Shown here in pieces: positions 36,759 through 48,919 of a DNA stretch of 64,000 nucleotides (position 1 is its first letter; every line of letters begins with the position of its first letter). A program made the position numbers and the translations under genes. Under the pieces are notes generated by a model. That model did not search any database and was not told the DNA's origin. It saw only the letters and a program-made list of their open reading frames with translations. The DNA is from Pristiophorus japonicus (lineage: Eukaryota). The stretch lies in the NCBI RefSeq assembly GCF_044704955.1, contig NC_091999.1, positions 52,390,001 through 52,454,000 of the forward strand. The letters run 5' to 3'.

Positions 36759-39700
36759 ATGCATTCACCAGCAAATGGTCAGATATTTGCGATTTACTAT
36801 CCTGTCCTTGCAGCTATCGGGGTTCCAGGTGAGATATGAAGGTAATTCTACAGCTCAGCATTTAACTGTCTGGACTGGGATTTTCTGAATGTGTTCTCAA
36901 TGTTTTTCTGTGACCCAACCTTCTATTTTTATTAGGAAGGGTATTTTATTGAAATTCTTAAATGATCCGCATCTGCAAGTAATTTTCAACCAGCCAGACC
37001 CGCACCACCTGGAGGTTATACATTTATGTTCATACAGTGAGTTAGCATTTTCAAAATTGGACTGGTGTGAGCACCCGCACAGAATGAAATAGACCTGCCT
37101 GAACACCGAGCTGACAATCGGAATGTAACTGTGTCTGGATACTGACACAGTGACAGACCTACCCGAACACCGGGCTGACAATCAGCCTGTAACCTTCTCT
37201 AAATACTGACACACAGTGGGGAAGTCCAGAACCAGGGGTCATAGTCTGAGGATAAGGGGTAAGCCATTTAGGACCGAGATGAGGAGAAACTTCTTCACCC
37301 AGAGAGTGGTGAACCTGTGGAATTCTCTACCACAGAAAGTAGTTGAAGCCAATTCACTAAATATATTCAAAAGGGAGTTAGATGAAGTCCTTACTACTCG
37401 GGGGATCAAGGGTTATGGCGAGAAAGCAGGAAGGGGGTACTGAAGTTTCATGTTCAGCCATGAATTCATTGAATGGCGGTGCAGGCTAGAAGGGCTGAAT
37501 GGCCTGCTCCTGTACCAATTTTCTATGTTTCTATGTTTCTATGAGACAACCCGAACACCGAGCGACAATCAGACTGTAACCGTGTCTGAATACTGACACA
37601 GTGGCAGACCTACCCGAACACAGAGCTGACAATCAGACTGTAACTGTGTCTGAATACTGACACAGTGACAGACCTACCCGAACACCGAGCTGACAATCAG
37701 GCTGTAACCATGTGTGAATACTGATAAAAGATAGAAAGAAGAAAAGTAAAAGTGGAGGGCAAAAGGGGCCACATTACAGCAACATTCTAAACGGGCAAAG
37801 GGTGTTAAAAAGTCAAGCCTGAAGGCTCTGTGCCTCAATGCGAGGAGTATTCGGAATAAGGTGGACGAATGAACTGCGCAGATAGCATTTAATGGATATG
37901 ATGTAATTGGCATCACAGAGACATGTCTCCAGGGTGACCAAGGCTGGGAACTCAACATCCAGGGATATTCAACATTTAGGAGGAATAGACAGAAAGGAAA
38001 AGGAGGTGGGATGGCGTTGCTGGTTAAAGAGGAAATTAATGCAATAGTAAGGAAGGACATTGGCTTGGATGATGCGGAATCTGTATGGATGGAGCTACGG
38101 AATGCCAAAGGGCAGGAAACGCTAGTGGCAGTTGTGTACAGACCAACGAACACTACTAATGAGGATGGGGACAGCATCAAACAAGAAATTAGGATGCGTG
38201 CAATAAAGGTACAGCAGTTATCATGGGCGACTTTAATCTACATATTGACTGGGCTAACCAAACTGGTAGCAATACGGTGGAGGAGGATTTCCTGCAGTGT
38301 ATTAGGAATGGTTGTCCAGAGCAATATGTCGAGGAACCAACTAGAGGGCTGGCTATCCTAGATTGGGTGATGTGTAATGAGAAAGGACTGATTAACAAAC
38401 TTGTTGTGCTACGCCCCTTGGGGAAGAGTGACCATAATATGATGGAATTCTTTATGAAGATGGAGAGTGACACAGTTAATTCAGAGACTAGGGTCCTGAA
38501 CTTGGGGAAAGGTAACTTTGATAGTATGAGACATGAATTTGCTAAAATAGACTGGCGAGTGATACATAAAAGGTTGACGGATAGGCAATGGCAAACATTT
38601 AAAGATCACATGGATGAACTTCAACAATTGTACATCCCTGTCTGGAGTAAAAATAAAATGGGGAAGGTGGCTCAACCTTAGCTAACAAGCGAAATTCAGA
38701 ATAGTGTTAAGTCCAAGGAAGAGGCATATAAATTGGCCAGAAAAAGCAGCAAACCTGAGGACTGGGAGAATTTTCTAACACAGCAGAGGAGGACAAAGGG
38801 TTTACTTAGGAGGGGGAAAATAGAGTATGAGTGGAACCTTGCTGGGAACATAAAAATTGACTGCAAAAGCTTGTATAAATATGTGAAGAGGAAAAGATTA
38901 GTGAAAACAAACGTCGGTCCCTTTTATTCAGATTCACGTGAATTTACAATGGGGAACAAAGAAATGGCAGACCAGTTAAACAAATACATTGGTTCTGTTC
39001 TCACGAAGGAAGACACAAGTAACCTTCCAGAAATATTAGGGGACCGAGGGCCTGGTGAGAAGGAGGAACTGAAGGATATCCTTATAAAGTGGGAAATTGT
39101 GTTTGGGAAATTGATGGGATTGAAGGCCGATAAATCCCCGGGGCCTGATAGTCTGCATCCCAGAATACTTAAGGAAGTGGCCATAGAAATAGTGGATGCA
39201 TTGGCGATCATTTTCCAACATTCTATCGAAGCTAGATCAGTTCCTATGGACTGGAGGGCAGCAAATGTAACACCACTTTTTAAAAAATGAGGGAGAGAGA
39301 AAACGGGTAATTATAGACCAGTCAGCCTGAGATCAGTAGTGTGCAAAATGTTGGAATCAATAATTAAAGATGAAATAGCAGCGCATTTGAAAAGCAGTGA
39401 CAGGATCGGTCCAAGTCAGCATGCATTTATGAAAGGGAAAACATGCTTGACAAATCTTCTGGAATTTATGATGATGTAACTAGTAAAGTTGACAAGGGAG
39501 AACCAGTGGATGTGGTGTATTTGGACTTTCAAAAGGCTTTTGACCAGGTCCCACCCAAGAAATTGGTGTGCAGCATCAAAGAATATGGTATTGGGTGTCA
39601 GGTACTGACGTGGATAGAGAACTGGTTGGCAGACAGGAAGCAGAGAGTCGGGATAAACGGGTCCTTTTCAGAGTTGCAGGCAGTGATTTGTGGGATGCCG

Positions 39701-42700
39701 CAGGGCTCAGTACTCGGACCCCAGCTCTTTAGAATATACATTTGTGATTTAGATGAAGTAATTGAGTGTAATATCTCCAAGTTTTCAGATGACACTAAAC
39801 TGCGTAACGGTGTGAGCTGTGAGGAGGACGCTAAAAGGCTTCAGGGTGATTGGACTGGTTAGGTGAATGAGCAAATGCATGGCAGATGCAGTATAATGTG
39901 GATGAATGTGAGGTTATCCAATCTGTGGTCAAATCACGAAGGCAGAATATTATCTGAATGGTGGAAGATTAGGAAAGGGGGAGGTGCAATGAGACCTTGG
40001 TGTCATGGTTCACCAGTCGTTGAAAGTTGGCATGCAGGTGCAGCAGGCAGTGAAGAAGGCAAATGGTACGTTGGCCTTCATAGCGAGGGGATTTGTATTG
40101 GAGCACGGAGGTCTTACTACAGTTGTACGGGGCCTTGGTGAGGCCTCATCAGGAATATTGTGTTCAGTTTTCGTCTCCTAATCTGAGGAAGGACGTTCTT
40201 GCTATTGAGGGAGTACAGCGAAGGTTCACCAGACTGATTCCCGGCATGGCGGGACTGACATATGAGGAGAGACTGGATCAACTGGGCCTTTATACATTGC
40301 AGTTTAGAAGGATGAGAAGGGATCTCATCTAAACTTACAAGATTTTGACGGGACTGGTCAGGTCAGCTCCAGCATTTCTTTCTTCACTGAAAGAGCTTTA
40401 AAAGATTACAGGAGGTCCACAATAAAACGATTCTGTGCTTTACAATTATATTTAAATTCATCTGTTTGTATCCATTGCTTTGAATTCGGCGTCAGTTTAA
40501 TGCTCATCTGTCATTGCTCTGGGGATCTCCTTCACAATCGGGCTGACTTTCTTCCATCTACTGCTGCTGTCTCGGTGTAATCGGTTCAAACTGGTTGTAA
40601 ATGAAGATTCTTTTATAGCATTTTGAGTGTAAATGTTGCATTGTTATAAATTAGCAATGTTGCTGGGCCTTATTTCCAGTTATCTAATTTGGTACAGAAC
40701 GATTCATAATGGCTTTAGTTTCTGAAGTGCGAATCTACGGATAACTTGGCTATCCCTTGTGTTAAAGTTGATTTAATTCAATTACTGAGGCAACTCGAAT
40801 GATGCATTCAGATATGTATATCTGTGTACTGGTCTGATACTTGTTTGGTACAAATGACGCGCACGTTTCCTGGACAGTAACTATTGAGTGTTAGTGATCT
40901 TATTACACAACATGACCTGAAAAATAGATTTATTTCTAGACGTGACAGTGTTCATTAAAGTAAGTTTCCATTAGAGCTTTCATTGCATACTTACAAACGT
41001 TTAATAATTAAGAAGCTACTCGCTAAATGTAATAAATACTTCAAGGAATTACGCACAAGATTAGGTAATGGTAACTTCATGTTGATAACTACCTGCAGCA
41101 AACTATCAGTGACTGAGTGTAAGTAGTGCATTTACTGATAGTGTGTTAGTTCAGCGTTATTGACAACCGTTAACTATGAATGAGAAATTCGCAGTTTCTA
41201 TTAATTACGCTGTCGAACCATCAGAAGATTATGGGTTGAAGTCCACTCCAGAAGGTTCACCACAAAATCAAGGCTGACACTCCAGTTCAGTGCTGGGAGA
41301 GCGTGGCACTGTCAGAGGTGCTGTGTTTCAGATGAGACGTAAAACCGAGCCCCCATCTGCTCTCTCAGGTAGATGTTAAAGTTTCCATGGCAAGAAGAGC
41401 AGAAGAGTTATCGCCGGATTCCTGGCCAATATTTAACCCTCAATCAACACATCTAAAACAGATAATCTGTTCATCATCACATTGCTGTTTGTGGAAGCTT
41501 GTAATATGGTAATTGGCTGTCCCGTTTCTTACATTACGAAAGTGAATACACTTCGAAAAGTACTTAATTGGCTGTAAAACGTTTTGAGACATCGTGAGGT
41601 CGTGAAAGATGCAATATAATTGCAAGTCTTTCTTTCTTTTTGTCGCCATCGTTCAGTGAAATCTTGTCCTGCTCTTGGAATGAGCTACTCTGGGATTCTC
41701 TTTTTTAAATGCTATTCAACTCCACTTGTTACTTCTATTCTTTGCTAATGTTCCAGACCGTTGCCCTCTCCAGTCAACCCTCCATTGCTATCCATGGCAC
41801 CGGTCCAAAGACCGGGATGAGGGACTTCAATTACTTGCAGAGACTAGAGAAACTCGGCTTGTGGCCCTTGGAGCAGAGAAGGTTAAGGGTAGATATAATC
41901 GATGTGTTCAAAACCATGTAGGGCTTTGACAAACTAAATCATGAGAAACGGTTTAAAGTGGCAGAAGGTTCGGGACCCAGAGGCCACAGATTTAAGGTGA
42001 TTGGCAAATAAAACAGAGGTGAGATGAGGAATCATTTTTTATGCAGCGTGTTGTTGTGATCTGGAATGCAATGCTTGAAACGGTGATGGAGGCAGATTCA
42101 ATAGTAACTTTCTAAAGGGAATTCGATAAGTACTCTAAGGTGGAAATAGCACGGTTCCGAGAGGAGAACAGGGGATAGCTCTGTCAAAGAGCCTGCACAG
42201 GCACGATGCGCCGAATGGTTTACTTCTGTGCTGTATCATTCTCTGCTTGGCCCTCGGCCTCCAACTTCAGATTGGAGCAATCCCTTGGTCATTTTACTGG
42301 AGCCGGTCAACCAGTGGCTCATTTGCTCCTCCATGATGTTTCCGTGTAACTCCTAATCCCATCTTCAAACCGGGAGCCAAAATCCAAATTTAACCCGACC
42401 GTTCATCATCCCTGGTGGCACGGTCCACATTCACCACCTCTGAAATGATTCACAATATTTAACGTGTCTTTTACAATCTGCTTCTTGTTGCATGTCCGAT
42501 TCTGAATGGGTGGCTCCCATTAAACAATCCGTCACCACCTATCCCGCAGGCTATAAGCTCATCCCCGACTGTCACTTAGTGGCTCCCATTAAACGCTCCC
42601 TCAACACGTTTCACGCAGGTTCTAGACAGACCCCGGCTCTCACTGAGTGGCTCCCATTAAACGCTCCCTCACCAACTATGCCGCAGGTTATAGGCTCACC

Positions 42701-45700
42701 CCCGGCTGTCATTGAATGACTCACATTAAAGGCTCCCTCACCACCTATCCAATGAGTTATAGACTCATCCCCAGCTCTCACTGAGTGTCTCACACTAAAC
42801 GCTCTCTCACTACCTATCCCACAAGTTATGGACTAACACCCGGCGCTCACTGACTGGCTCACACTAAACGCTCCCTCACTACCTATCCCACAAGTTATGG
42901 ACTCACCCCCGGCTCTCATTGAGTGGCTCCCATTAAACACTCCCTCACCACCTATCCCACAGGTTATGGACTCACCCACGGCTCTCACGGAGTGGCTCAC
43001 ACTATACTCTCCCTCACCTTCTATCCCACAGGTTATGGACTCACCCCCAGCTCTCATTAAGTGGCTCTCATTAAACGCTCCCTCACCACCTATCCCGCAG
43101 TTTATTGGCTCACCCCCAGCTCTCAAGGAGTAGCTTACACTATACGCTCCCTCACCACCTATCCCGCAGTTTATAGGCTCATCCCCGGCTCTCAAGGAGT
43201 GCTTACACTATACGCTCCCTGACCACCTATGCCACAAGTTATAGATTCACCCCCGGTTCTCACTGAGTGGTTCCCATTAAACACTCCCTCACCACCTATC
43301 CCGTAGGTCATAGACTCATCCCCGGCTGTCACTGAGTAGCTCCCATTAAACGCTCCCTCACCACCTAACCCACAGGTTATGGACACACCCCCGGCTGTCA
43401 CTGAGTGGCTCATGTTAAACGCTCCCTGAATACGTATCACGCATATTATAGACTGACCACGGCTCTCACTGAGTGGTTCCCATTAAACGCACCCTCACCA
43501 AGTATTCATCAGGTTATAAACTCACCCCCGGCGGTCACTGAATGGCTCCCATTAAACGTGCCCTCACCACCTATTCAATGGGTTATAGACTCACCCCCAG
43601 CTCTCACTGACTGGCTGAGACTAAACGCTCCCTCACCACCTATCCCGCAGTTTATAGACTCACCTCAGCTCTCATGGAGTGGCTCACACTATATGCTCCC
43701 TCACCACCTATCCCACAGTTTATAGGCTCACCCCCGGCTCTCACTGAGTGGTTCCCATTAAACGCTCCCTCACCACCTGTCCAATGGGTTATAGACTCAC
43801 CACCAGCTCTCACTGAGTGGCTCACAATAAATGCTCCCTCACCACTTGTCCCGCATTTTATAGACTCACCCCTGGCACTCATTGAGTGACTCCCATTAAA
43901 CGCTCCCTCACCACCTATCCCGTAGTTTATAGACTCACCTCGGCTCTCATGGAGTGGCTCACACTATACGCTCCCTCACCAGCTATCCCACAGTTTATAG
44001 GCTCACCTCCGGCTCTCACTGAGTGCTTCACATTAAATGCACCCTCACCACCAATCCCACAGATTATGTACTCGCACCCGGCGCTCACTGACTGGCTCCC
44101 ATTAAACGCTCCCTCACCACCTATCCCACAGGTTATGGACTCACCCCCGGCTCTCACTGAGTGGCTCCCATTAAACACTCTCTCGCCACTTATCGCGCAA
44201 TTCATATACTCACCCCCAGCTCTCAAGAAGTGGCTCACACTATACGCTCCCTCACCTTCTATCTCACAGGTTATGGACTCACCTCTGGCTCTCACTGAGT
44301 GGCTCCCATACAACGCTCCCTCACCACTTATCCTGCAGTTTATAGGCTCAACCCAGCTGTCACTGACAGGTTCTCTGCAGTGCCGCCATTACAGTGATAC
44401 TGGATACCATGACACTGTCTAATGGTCAAGGAACAACTGGACCGAGTGCTGGGAGTTGTGCCCTGGCCAACATTTGTCCCTCAATCAATATCACAAAGGT
44501 GCAGTTTGCTGGTCAATGATCTCATTGCCTTTTTTCACCGCCCATTAGCAGAATGGCTGCTCCATTAACCAGATAGCAACAATCGTAATTTGGAGTCATT
44601 CCATATGGGAATTTTACGATTCTCCTGAGGTGTAAATAGCAGTCGATCGCACTCTTTCTACCATCAATTTTCAAGGTGACATTATGTTTAGCTTGTCCTA
44701 TTTAATGTTGGGATAAATTATTCATTAACTATTAGTGTATGTCTGTTCTTTACTATGGTCAGTTTCGCTCTCCTTCTCTTTTTGTGCCGAGTTCAGGCGA
44801 TTATAGCCTCAAGTCTATCGAGCAAAACGCTTTCCCTGCGATTCCATATTGTTCCGTATTTAGTAAAGCTCTGCTGATCTGGCAAATTGATTGGTTTCCA
44901 TCAACTGATCAGGTAATGAACTCAGAAACCATGTCCAGTCAAACTAAGACTTTGAATGGCTATGGAGGCTGGGTTACTGAAGATAATTAAGGCGGAGATA
45001 AACAGATTTTTGAGCGATAAGTGAAAGAAGGTTTCGGGGGGGTGGGCAACGAAGTGGAGCTGATCCATGATCAAATCAGCCATGATCTTATTAAATGGCG
45101 GAGCAGGCCCGGGGGAGGGGGGTGCGGTGGGAGGCAAATTGCCTACTCCTGCTCCTATTTCATATGTGCTTATGTTCTTATGATGGTAGTCTGAAGTGTA
45201 ATTTCCATTTTGCTCCTTTTTGCAGCGAACATCGCAGCGATTGTGATCCTGTCCCGAGGAAGGTGCGGTCTCTCCAGGTGTATCACTCGGTACCTGGTGT
45301 TCATGGCGGTGACCGATCTCCTGGTCATTATCACCGCTGTGATATTGAATAGAATTGGTGGTATCTATTTCCGGATTAGCATTCTGTCCACCACACCAGC
45401 GTGCAGCATCAGCACTGTGCTCATTTATTCATCAAGAGACAGTTCTGTCTGGTTAACGGTTGCGTTCACCTTTGATCGATTTGTGGCCATTTGTTGCCAG
45501 AAGCTGAAAACAAAATACTGCACCGAGACAACGGCGGCTGTGGTGATAGGAGCGGTCTGTGCCCTGAGTTGTTTAAAAAACATCCCTTTCTACTTCACGT
45601 ATGAGCCATTATTTACTATTAATAAGGTGGCCTGGTACTGCAACATAAAACTTACTTTTTATGTTTCACCCGCTTGGACAGCGTTTGACTGGCTGGACCG

Positions 45701-46133
45701 TATTCTAACCCCGTGTGCACCGTTCCTCCTGATGTTACTGCTCAATGCTGTGACCGTCAGATACATTCTAGGGGCTAGTAGGGCCCGCAGGAGACTCCGG
45801 GCCCAAAACAATGGAGAGAGTCAGAGTGATCCAGAGATGGAGAGCCGGCGAAAGTCCATAATTTTACTCTTCACCATCTCGGGAAGTTTCATCCTGTTGT
45901 GGTTGACGTATGTTATCAATTTTCTCTATGTCCGAATTGAAAACAATAATTATTTCACAGGTTTTAATTTCAATGACCCCAAATTTATTCTGCAGGAAAG
46001 TGGAAACATGCTTCAGCTCTTAAGCTGCTGCACTAACACGTTTATTTATACAGTGACTCAGAGTAACTTCAGACAGCAGTTAAAGAACGCGCTGAAATAT
46101 CCATTGAATCTAGTTGTTAAATTACTTCTATAA
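36759..46133 (+). CDS. GPR139-like class A GPCR, two exons (36759-36828 + 45226-46133), 325 aa, intact
   Basis: Exon 1 MHSPANGQIFAIYYPVLAAIGVP, gtgaga donor, phase 1; acceptor ccttttTGCAG restores ANIAAIVIL; seven hydrophobic segments, DRF in TM3, NTFIY in TM7; the intron sits in TM1 at GxP|AN, as I recall for mammalian GPR139. Confidence 0.92.
37092..37725. repeat. ~64-bp tandem repeat (about 5 units) split by a CR1 3' end (37216-37542)
   Basis: Unit gacctacccgaacaccgagctgacaatcagactgtaaccgtgtctgaatactgacacagtgaca on both sides of the LINE piece. Confidence 0.85.
37730..40365 (+). mobile_element. CR1 LINE ORF2 (APE endonuclease plus RT), disrupted
   Basis: LNARSIRNK, GGGMALLV, MGDFN, LGKSDHN, KSPGPDSLHP, LDFQKAFD, PQGSVLGP and FSDDTKL in order, with stops and frameshifts. 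Confidence 0.95.
41221..41641 (+). mobile_element. Deu-domain SINE copy
   Basis: Colinear with 31390-31852. Confidence 0.8.
41812..42242 (+). mobile_element. CR1 3' fragment
   Basis: GMRDFNYLQRLEKLGL..EQRRLRVDII motif and 3' UTR. Confidence 0.8.
42495..44368. repeat. 69-bp minisatellite, about 27 units, in the GPCR intron
   Basis: Unit approximately ccccggctctcactgagtggctcccattaaacgctccctcaccacctatcccgcagtttatagactcac; gives 23-aa periodic pseudo-ORFs. Confidence 0.97.
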
Positions 46134-46384
46134 CGAAACTAGCTATTCCAGCACTCAACCTCCATTAAGCTCTGCACTGTAGTCTTTCGTTCCAATTCTC
46201 CAAACCCGCTGGTCATTCCTATTCTCCACAGTGGAAACATACACTTTATCACCCAATTTAATGTTGTAAACTGATTTATTTTATTTCCAAGTGACCCGTC
46301 ATGTCCTATGGATGCTGACACTTACCTTAGTGCAGTAAGTCAGTTGTATCTTTAGGAATAGATTGGTTTTTGAGGTGGATGCAC

Positions 46385-46742
46385 TCAGCCGTGGTAGCCC
46401 TCTTGCACCTCAGTTAGAAGAATGTGGGTTCAAGTCCCATTACAGGCTGACCCGCCAGTGCAGTACTGATGGAATGCTTCTTTGTCAGATGGTGCTGTCT
46501 TTCAAGTGAGATTTTAAACCGAGGTTCCGTCTTCCCTCTCAGGTGGATGCCAAGGATCTGAGTGTATTATTTTCAAGAAGTGAGTAAATGTTCTGCCGAT
46601 GCCCTGACCAATGCTTATCGCTCAACAAATATCACCAAAACTGATTATCTGCGCCTGTATTTATTTCTCGGTAGGTGGAACTTTGCTGAGTGCAAATCCG
46701 CTGCCACGTTTCCCTGCATTACAACAGTGACTACACTTCAAT
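46385..46742 (+). mobile_element. Deu-domain SINE whose tail runs into a minisatellite
   Basis: tRNA-like head, Deu core, cattacaacagtgactacacttcaa, then the array. Confidence 0.8.
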
Positions 46743-47930
46743 ATAAAGCACCTTGGAACCTCCCTGGGTGTGAAGCTCCATGGAACCTTCTTGGGAGTAC
46801 ATCGCCTTGGATCCTCCCTGGGAGTAAAATACTTTGGAACCTTCCTGGGTGTAAAAAACTTTGGATCCTCCCTGGGTCTGAAATACTTTGGAACCTCCCT
46901 GCGAGAAAAACACTTTGGAACCTCCCTGGGTGTAAAACACTTTGGAACCTCACTGGGTGTAAAGCTCCAGGGAACCTCCCTGGGTGTAAATCGCCTTGGA
47001 ACCTCCTTGGGTGTAAAACATTTTGAAACCTCCCTGTGGGTGTCAAACACTTTGGAACCACCCCCCATCCCGGGTGTAATGCTCTTTGGAACCTCCCTGG
47101 GTGTAAAACACTTTGGAACCTCCCTAGGTGTAAAACACTTTGGAACCTCCCTGGGAGTAAAACACTTTGGAACCTCCCTGCGTGTAAAACACTTTGGAAC
47201 CTCCCTGGGTGTAATGCTCTTTGGAACATCCCTGGGTGTAATGCCCTTTGGAACCTCCCTGGGTGTAATGCGCTTTGGAACCTCCCTGGGTGTAATGCGC
47301 TTTGGAACCTCCCTGGGTGTAATGCTCTTTGGAACCTCCCAGGTTGTAAAACACTTTGGAACCTCTCTGCATGAAAACACTTTGGAACCACCCTGGGTGT
47401 AAAACACTTTGGAACTTGCCTGGCTGTGAAACACTTTGGAACCTCCGGGTGTAAAACACTTTGGAACCTCGCTGGGTGTAAATATCTTTGGAAACTCCCT
47501 GGGTATAAATCTCTTTGGAAGCTCCCTGCGTGTAAAACACTTTGGATCCTCCCTGGGGATACATATCTTTGGAAACTCCCTGGGTGTGAAGCACTTTGGA
47601 ACCTCACTGGGTATGAAACACTTTGGAACCTCCCTGAGTATAAATATCTTTTGAACCTCCATGGGTGTATATATCTTTGGAACATCTCTGGGTGTAAAGC
47701 ACTTTGGAACCTCCCTCGCTGTAAAGCTCCATCATACCTCCCTGGGTGTAAAGCCCTTTGGAATCTTTCTAGGTGTAAAGCACTTTGGAACGTCTCTGGG
47801 TGTAAAGCCCTTTGGAACCTCCCTGGGTGTAAAGCGCTTTGGAACCTCCCTGGTTGTAAAGTTCTTTGGTACTTTCCTGCATGTCACACTCTTTTGGTCA
47901 ACCCTGGCTGCAACGCCCTTTGGAGCCTCC
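46743..47930. repeat. 27-bp minisatellite, about 44 units
   Basis: Unit gtaaaacactttggaacctccctgggt; the consensus is stop-free in all six frames, which explains the overlapping long ORFs. Confidence 0.97.
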
Positions 47931-48919
47931 CGATAGGTTGGACAGACAAGTTCATTACTGCTCCCAGATGAGAACAGCTTCGTTGTTCTATCCTCCTAGT
48001 GCCCACCGCTCAGCCGCAGTCCTTTGTCTGTACAGCTGAGATTGGACATTGCATCAGGAAAGGGAAAAGGATTGAAACTGCAGCGAGTGAGTTGTGTCCC
48101 GAAAATGGAATACTGTTACTTTGCCTCTAGCAGAGATAAGCTTTAATTTTATTATCCCTCTTTCGTTCTCCTTTTTACCAAATTTGCTGTCTCCACTTTA
48201 AACACAAGTAGCTGTATCCATTAATGAGAGAGCTACAGGCCCGAATCTTAAACATAACACTGCCAGCTCACTTGGATGTACAAAATGTCCCTCGTTGTTT
48301 TCACTTGGAATAGCCTAAACGGGCAAGGAATAATTGCTCCATTACTGATACAGTAAATATAAGAAAATATATTCTCCATCGCTAGTTCTAGCGAAATTGA
48401 AAGAATGTTTGTACAATATTTCGCTAGAAATCTCCGAAAAATAAAACTGTAAAGTGTCTACAGACAAAAGTGGGACTACATCTCGGTCGCAGCTTTTTCG
48501 TAATGTTGTTCTGTTGCATTAATCGTTGATTAATGTAAACAACACGCACTTTTACATCGCAATCTCTGCCTGTTGTAATTTGAAGAACAACTCTTCAGTC
48601 TTACATGTGATGAACCTCCCCTATCCATTCCAGCTGCCTCTGTTCCAATGAAATGATAAGAATATATACACTGAGACTGTGAAATAGGAACGTGAAGGGT
48701 AAGTGTTAGAGAAAACATGGTGATGTACTGGGCCAACGGATTACCAGGCACTGACTGGCACTTGTTCAATGTATAAATATACACTGTGAACTTTATGGCT
48801 TTAAAGGAATGTTTGCAATTCACCAAATCAACACGTTTCTCTTCCGTGTGCTATTCGCTGATACCAAAAAATAACTGCTTCATGTCATTCTGGCTAATAT
48901 ATCATTCCTCTTGCGCGGT

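Noticed and set aside
37092-37725. Repeated CACAGTG heptamers as an RSS array or D segments
   Set aside because: No nonamer at 12 or 23 bp; the heptamer is simply part of the 64-bp repeat unit.
42492-44422. Pro-rich and Gly-rich 23-aa repeat ORFs
   Set aside because: Translation of the 69-bp intronic minisatellite, with frequent stops.
45210-45225. ORF-track start (MLLFAA) as a single-exon GPCR
   Set aside because: It is a TTG inside the polypyrimidine tract; TM1 is completed by the exon at 36759-36828.
46562-47971. Overlapping 150-333 aa ORFs on both strands
   Set aside because: Artefact of a 27-bp unit whose consensus is stop-free in all six frames.
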